Translations under genes and position numbers: made by a program | Notes under the pieces: generated by a model | Databases searched by the model: none | The model's input: the letters and a program-made list of their open reading frames with translations, nothing else | What the model was told of the DNA's origin: nothing | Part shown: positions 60,110 to 64,000 of the stretch, piece by piece | How the letters are laid out: each line of letters starts with the position of its first letter | How positions within the stretch are numbered: the first letter of the stretch is position 1 | Origin: Casimicrobiaceae bacterium | GTDB taxonomy: Bacteria > Pseudomonadota > Gammaproteobacteria > Burkholderiales > Casimicrobiaceae | Length of the DNA: 64,000 bases | Assembly (NCBI GenBank): GCA_036493535.1 | Contig: DASXPO010000133.1 | Location: forward strand, 2,407 to 66,406 | Reading direction: 5' to 3'

Positions 60110-60820
60110 TCAGCGTGATGCAGCCGGCTCCATGCGATGCGCGTCGACCGAAAAGCGGATGTCGACGCGGTTCTGGACCTGGATCGCTCCACCGAGCAGC
60201 GACAGCGGCGTAATGCCGAAATCGGTCTGGTCGAGCGCCAGAACGCCGGACGCGCGAAAGTCATCGCCACGCGATTGGATATCGATCGGAATGCGCGAGC
60301 GCCGCGTGACGCCATTGATCGTGATCGATGCATCGACATGGCCGTGACCGGCGCCCGTTACGCTCACCACTACGAACGGATGCAAATCCGCGTGGAGCAC
60401 GCGCGTCAGCATGTTCGTCCGCGTGGCGTCGACAGCCGCTTCGGAGATCGGCGTATCGAATCCGGCTTCCGCGCGAAGTGCAGGCTCATCGACTGTCATT
60501 CGATCGAGCTTCACGTAGAGGTCGGCTCGCGCGCTGTTCGGCGCAATGAATCCGCGCACCTCGTGGCTTGCAATCACGTGATCGTGGCCGGCTGCCGCAA
60601 ACGCTCCGCCGCGGTGCACTTCGATCACGAGTCGCGAGTGTGCCGCGTCGACGCGAAAGACCGGCTCCCCCCGCTTGGCCGCGTCGCGATAGTGATCGTC
60701 CGGAAATGACGTCAACCGCTGATCGCCGTCCGGTGCCCGCACGGCCGGCGGTGCGCAAGCGGACAGACTCGCGACGCTCACCGCCGCAACAACGAACGAC
60801 GCGAATGCGCGACGCACCAT
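60110..60820 (-). CDS. YceI-like lipoprotein
   Basis: MVRRAFASFVVAAVSVASLSAC lipobox. ...RLVIEVHRGGAFAAAGHDHVI...ITINGVTR...FGITP. Confidence 0.75.
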   Translation of the reverse strand: MVRRAFASFVVAAVSVASLSACAPPAVRAPDGDQRLTSFPDDHYRDAAKRGEPVFRVDAAHSRLVIEVHRGGAFAAAGHDHVIASHEVRGFIAPNSARADLYVKLDRMTVDEPALRAEAGFDTPISEAAVDATRTNMLTRVLHADLHPFVVVSVTGAGHGHVDASITINGVTRRSRIPIDIQSRGDDFRASGVLALDQTDFGITPLSLLGGAIQVQNRVDIRFSVDAHRMEPAASR

Positions 60821-61008
60821 TAGTCCGAGCGGACGTCCACCGGCGTGTTGCGCTCGCGTTGAAAGCGCAGCAGCGCCGCGAAGCGATAAAAAGCGTGCAC
60901 GAATTTGCCGTAAGGTAGCGTGAGAAAAAGCGCCATCACGACGCCGAGGTGAATGGCCAGCAGTACGCCGAAATTCTCGATTTCTGGAATCGTGAGATCG
61001 TGAAAGTG
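60820..61008 (-). pseudogene. C-terminal fragment of a TcuB-like membrane Fe-S oxidoreductase
   Basis: My translation gives ...[50 protein letters not shown] stop lies just upstream at 61009-61011. The fragment's own stop overlaps the yceI ATG (TAATG). Confidence 0.45.
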
Positions 61009-61115
61009 CTAAATGATTCCAAAGTGAAAGCCGAGTTCCTGAAGCACGGTCTCGACTCCGCACCCGGCAGCCGCGACGATCTAGCGCATTACATGGCGCG
61101 CGAGTTCCCTCGCGA
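60985..61115 (+). pseudogene. C-terminal fragment of a Bug/TctC-family periplasmic binding protein
   Basis: [41 protein letters not shown] matches the conserved C-terminal segment of the family. The N-terminal roughly 280 aa are absent. Confidence 0.55.
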
Positions 61116-61127
61116 ATCGCCGCGCAA

Positions 61128-61430
61128 TCACGGCTGCGGCCCTTCGTATCCTTCGATGACGATCAGATCGATCGTGGACACCGGCTCGCGCAGCTTGATC
61201 GCGCGCTGATATTCGGGCGACTTCCAGCAATCCAGCGCGGCCTGATAGCTCGGAAATTCGATTACCGCATTGCGGCCGCGACTCGTACCCTCGACTGTCT
61301 CCAAGCGGCCGGCGCGCACGAGAAAACGGCCGCCGTATGTTTTCAGCGGCTCGGCATTGGCCGCGATATACGCTTTGTATTGCTCTTGATCGGCAACATC
61401 GACACGGACGATCCAGTAACCCTTCGGCAT
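61128..61430 (-). CDS. DUF1330-like protein
   Basis: MPKGYWIVRVDVADQEQYKAYIAANAEPLKTYGGRFLVRAG...VIEFPSYQAALDCWKSPEYQ. Confidence 0.8.
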   Translation of the reverse strand: MPKGYWIVRVDVADQEQYKAYIAANAEPLKTYGGRFLVRAGRLETVEGTSRGRNAVIEFPSYQAALDCWKSPEYQRAIKLREPVSTIDLIVIEGYEGPQP

Positions 61431-61770
61431 TTATTTCCTCCTTTGATGATGGTATCGGTGCAAAGTCCAACAAAGTCCTACGTCGCGAGCGCTACCATCC
61501 GGACGTCATTATCCGGCACCGTCCGACCGCCTCCGAATGGCCAACGGGCGCACACTTTTCGCCATCGCAACTACCAAGCGATAAGCATGGAAGCGACCCA
61601 CGACGAAGTCAGCTCCGATCCCGCGTTAACGCCCTTTGTGACAGCGACCGCGGCCGAAATCGCGTACGCCGAAGAATTACTCCGTCAAATCGAGCAACGA
61701 TACTTAAACCAGCCAGCGGAACCGCGCGTGGCTGCCAAAGCCGCCGCGGATTGAATCGCTCGGGCTGACG

Positions 61771-62805
61771 CTAGCCGGCCTCGTTCCAATCGAGAAGCAC
61801 CTTGCCGCTCTTGCCCGAGAGCATCGTCGCGAACGCCGCTTCGAATTGTTCCGCCAGGAAGTGATGCGTGATGATCGGCGACAAGTCGAGACCGCTTTGC
61901 AGCATCGCGACCATCTTGTACCAGGTCTCGAACATCTCGCGGCCGTAAATTCCCTTGATCTCGAGCCCCTTGAAGATGACTTGATTCCAGTCGATCGCCA
62001 TCTGCGCGGGCGGGATTCCCAATAGCGCGACCTTGCCGCCGTGGTTCATGTGCGCAAGGAGGTCCGCGAACGCGTGCGGCACGCCGGACATTTCCATCCC
62101 GATGTCGAAGCCTTCGGTCATGCCAAGCTCCGCCATCACGTCGCGAAGGCCATCACGCTCGACGTTGATCGCGCGTGTCGCGCCCATCCGCCTCGCCAAC
62201 GCTAGCCGATAATCGTTGACGTCCGTGATGACGACATAGCGCGCACCGACATGGCGCGCGATCGCGGCCGCCATGATGCCGATCGGGCCGGCGCCGGTGA
62301 TCAACACATCTTCGCCGACCAGGTTGAATGAAAGCGCTGTGTGGGTGGCGTTGCCGAACGGATCGAAGATCGCGGCAAGATCGTCGGAAATATCATCGGG
62401 AATCTTGAACGCGTTGAACGCCGGGATCACGAGGTACTCGGCGAACGCGCCCTCGCGATTGACGCCGACGCCGACGGTATTGCGGCACAGGTGACGGCGT
62501 CCGGCGCGGCAATTGCGACAGAAGCCGCACGTGATATGACCCTCACCCGAGACGCGGTCGCCGATGTTGAAGCCCCGCACTTCCTGACCCATCTCGACGA
62601 TCTCGCCCACGTACTCGTGGCCGACGTGCATGGGCACGGGAATCGTCCTGGCCGCCCAGTCATCCCATTTCCAGATGTGAATATCGGTCCCGCAGATCGC
62701 CGTCTTGCGGATGCGGATCATCACGTCGTTGTGACCGACTTCCGGCTTCTTGACGCGCGTGAGCGTCAGGCCGGGTCCATGTTCGAGCTTGGTGAGCGCT
62801 TTCAT
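61771..62805 (-). CDS. tdh: L-threonine 3-dehydrogenase
   Basis: [50 protein letters not shown]...GHEYVGE...[14 protein letters not shown]. Confidence 0.9.
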   Translation of the reverse strand: MKALTKLEHGPGLTLTRVKKPEVGHNDVMIRIRKTAICGTDIHIWKWDDWAARTIPVPMHVGHEYVGEIVEMGQEVRGFNIGDRVSGEGHITCGFCRNCRAGRRHLCRNTVGVGVNREGAFAEYLVIPAFNAFKIPDDISDDLAAIFDPFGNATHTALSFNLVGEDVLITGAGPIGIMAAAIARHVGARYVVITDVNDYRLALARRMGATRAINVERDGLRDVMAELGMTEGFDIGMEMSGVPHAFADLLAHMNHGGKVALLGIPPAQMAIDWNQVIFKGLEIKGIYGREMFETWYKMVAMLQSGLDLSPIITHHFLAEQFEAAFATMLSGKSGKVLLDWNEAG

Positions 62806-62824
62806 CGTTGATGACCGCGATCCA

Positions 62825-64000
62825 TTATGCGCGGATTGTGCCGAGCGCCTGACCGACCTTCGCAAACGCGGCGGTCGCGCGATCGAGTTGCGAGTCGGTG
62901 TGCGCGGCGCTCATTTGCGTTCGGATGCGCGCCTTGTTCTTGGGCACGACGGGATAAGAGAAGCCGATGACGTAAATGCCTTCGCCGAGCAGCGCCTCGG
63001 CCATGCGCGTCGCGAGCGCCGCGTCGCCCAGCATGATCGGAATGATCGGATGCTGACCCGGAACGAGGTCGAACCCAACGCTTGTCATTGCGCCGCGGAA
63101 CCGCTCGCCGTTGGCCAGAAGTCGGCGCCGCAGCGAAGCGCCCTCGTCGCCTTCTAGGATATCGAGCACTCGAAGCGACGCCGCCGCGATCGATGGCGCA
63201 AGCGTGTTCGAAAACAAATAGGGTCGGGAACGTTGCCGCAGCAATTCAATAATCTCTTTTCGTCCTGCAGTGTAGCCACCCGACGCGCCGCCCAGCGCTT
63301 TGCCCAATGTACCCGTGAGAATGTCGACCCGGTCTCCGACACCGCACAATTCCGGCGTGCCGCGACCCCGTTCGCCGACGATCCCGACGGCGTGCGAATC
63401 GTCGACCATGACGAGCGCGCCGTATTGGCCGGCCAGATCACAGATCGAGCGCAAATCGGCGACGATGCCATCCATCGAAAACACGCCGTCGGTCGCGATC
63501 AGCTTGAAGCGCGCACCGCCGGTCACGGCGTCCCGGAGCTTTGCTTCGAGATCCGCCATATCGTTGTTGTGATAACGCAGGCGCTTCGCTTTGCACAGAC
63601 GAATGCCGTCGACGATGCTCGCGTGATTAAGCTCGTCGCTGATCACCGCGTCCTCTTCGCCGAGAATTGTCTCGAACAAGCCGCCGTTGGCGTCAAAGCA
63701 GCTCGAATACAAGATCGCGTCGTCCATGCCGAGAAACGCGCTCAAGCGGCTTTCGAGCGTCTTGTGGACGCTTTGCGTGCCGCAGATGAAACGCACCGAT
63801 GCCATGCCGAAACCCCATGCGTCGAGGCCCTCCTTGGCGGCGGCAATCAAGCGGGGATCGTCGGCGAGGCCGAGGTAATTGTTTGCGCAGAAATTCAGGA
63901 CGTCGCGTCCTTCGGCAAGATGGATCGCCGCCGACTGCGGACTTTGGATGACGCGTTCGGTTTTATAGAAACCGTCGCTGCGGATCTGCGCAACGACTTG
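62825..64000 (-). CDS. kbl: 2-amino-3-ketobutyrate CoA ligase (5' end just outside the window)
   Basis: ...[17 protein letters not shown]...[11 protein letters not shown]...MVDDSHAVG...[10 protein letters not shown]. It sits upstream of tdh, the classical kbl-tdh operon. Confidence 0.9.
   Translation of the reverse strand, partial: QVVAQIRSDGFYKTERVIQSPQSAAIHLAEGRDVLNFCANNYLGLADDPRLIAAAKEGLDAWGFGMASVRFICGTQSVHKTLESRLSAFLGMDDAILYSSCFDANGGLFETILGEEDAVISDELNHASIVDGIRLCKAKRLRYHNNDMADLEAKLRDAVTGGARFKLIATDGVFSMDGIVADLRSICDLAGQYGALVMVDDSHAVGIVGERGRGTPELCGVGDRVDILTGTLGKALGGASGGYTAGRKEIIELLRQRSRPYLFSNTLAPSIAAASLRVLDILEGDEGASLRRRLLANGERFRGAMTSVGFDLVPGQHPIIPIMLGDAALATRMAEALLGEGIYVIGFSYPVVPKNKARIRTQMSAAHTDSQLDRATAAFAKVGQALGTIRA

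Noticed and set aside
61587-61754. 55-aa plus-strand ORF MEATHDEVSSDPALTPFVTATAAEIAYAEELLRQIEQRYLNQPAEPRVAAKAAAD, in the 340-nt gap between the DUF1330 gene and tdh.
   Set aside because: It has no Shine-Dalgarno sequence and no recognisable family. The codon usage is acceptable but not decisive, so I left it unannotated.

Overview
High-GC proteobacterial chromosomal segment. The gene content suggests a betaproteobacterium or Burkholderiales: tsaB-rimI-udg, fdxA/trxA-rho-rpmE, obgE-proB, rppH, and a Bug/TctC remnant. This taxonomic call is inference only. All family calls come from reading motifs in the supplied translations and my own translations; no similarity search was run. I support about 70 protein genes, mostly housekeeping and densely packed, with many 1-7 nt overlaps. 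There is one tRNA-Ser(UGA), a few intrinsic terminators, and no rRNA, CRISPR array or intact transposase. The one clearly accessory region is a decayed island of about 7.5 kb (11558-19056) at the 3' end of tRNA-Ser. It holds a shattered P4-type integrase and a second frameshifted, truncated tyrosine-recombinase fragment. It also carries three uncharacterised secreted proteins or lipoproteins, two of them paralogs sharing a YKY...DPTVMN C-terminus. A large class III nucleotidyl cyclase-STAND ATPase-TPR protein and a poly-proline two-domain protein without a signal peptide complete it. An imperfect copy of the tRNA 3' end marks the right edge. Other points worth a second look: (1) an orphan GspE-type secretion ATPase translationally coupled to a MASE1-PAS hybrid histidine kinase; (2) an ECF sigma factor with a C-terminal TPR-like extension (COG4941/ECF42-like) followed by SRPBCC, three YciI/DGPF-type genes (one fused to an NTF2/SnoaL domain) and a VOC protein; (3) a hydratase, acyl-CoA dehydrogenase and family III CoA-transferase operon; (4) an output-less DUF4118-PAS-PAS sensor; (5) a back-to-back deletion scar of TcuB-like and TctC-like gene ends; (6) a pair of 60-nt REP-like intergenic repeats. 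I cannot show that any of these is a truly undescribed system. The island cargo is the best candidate.
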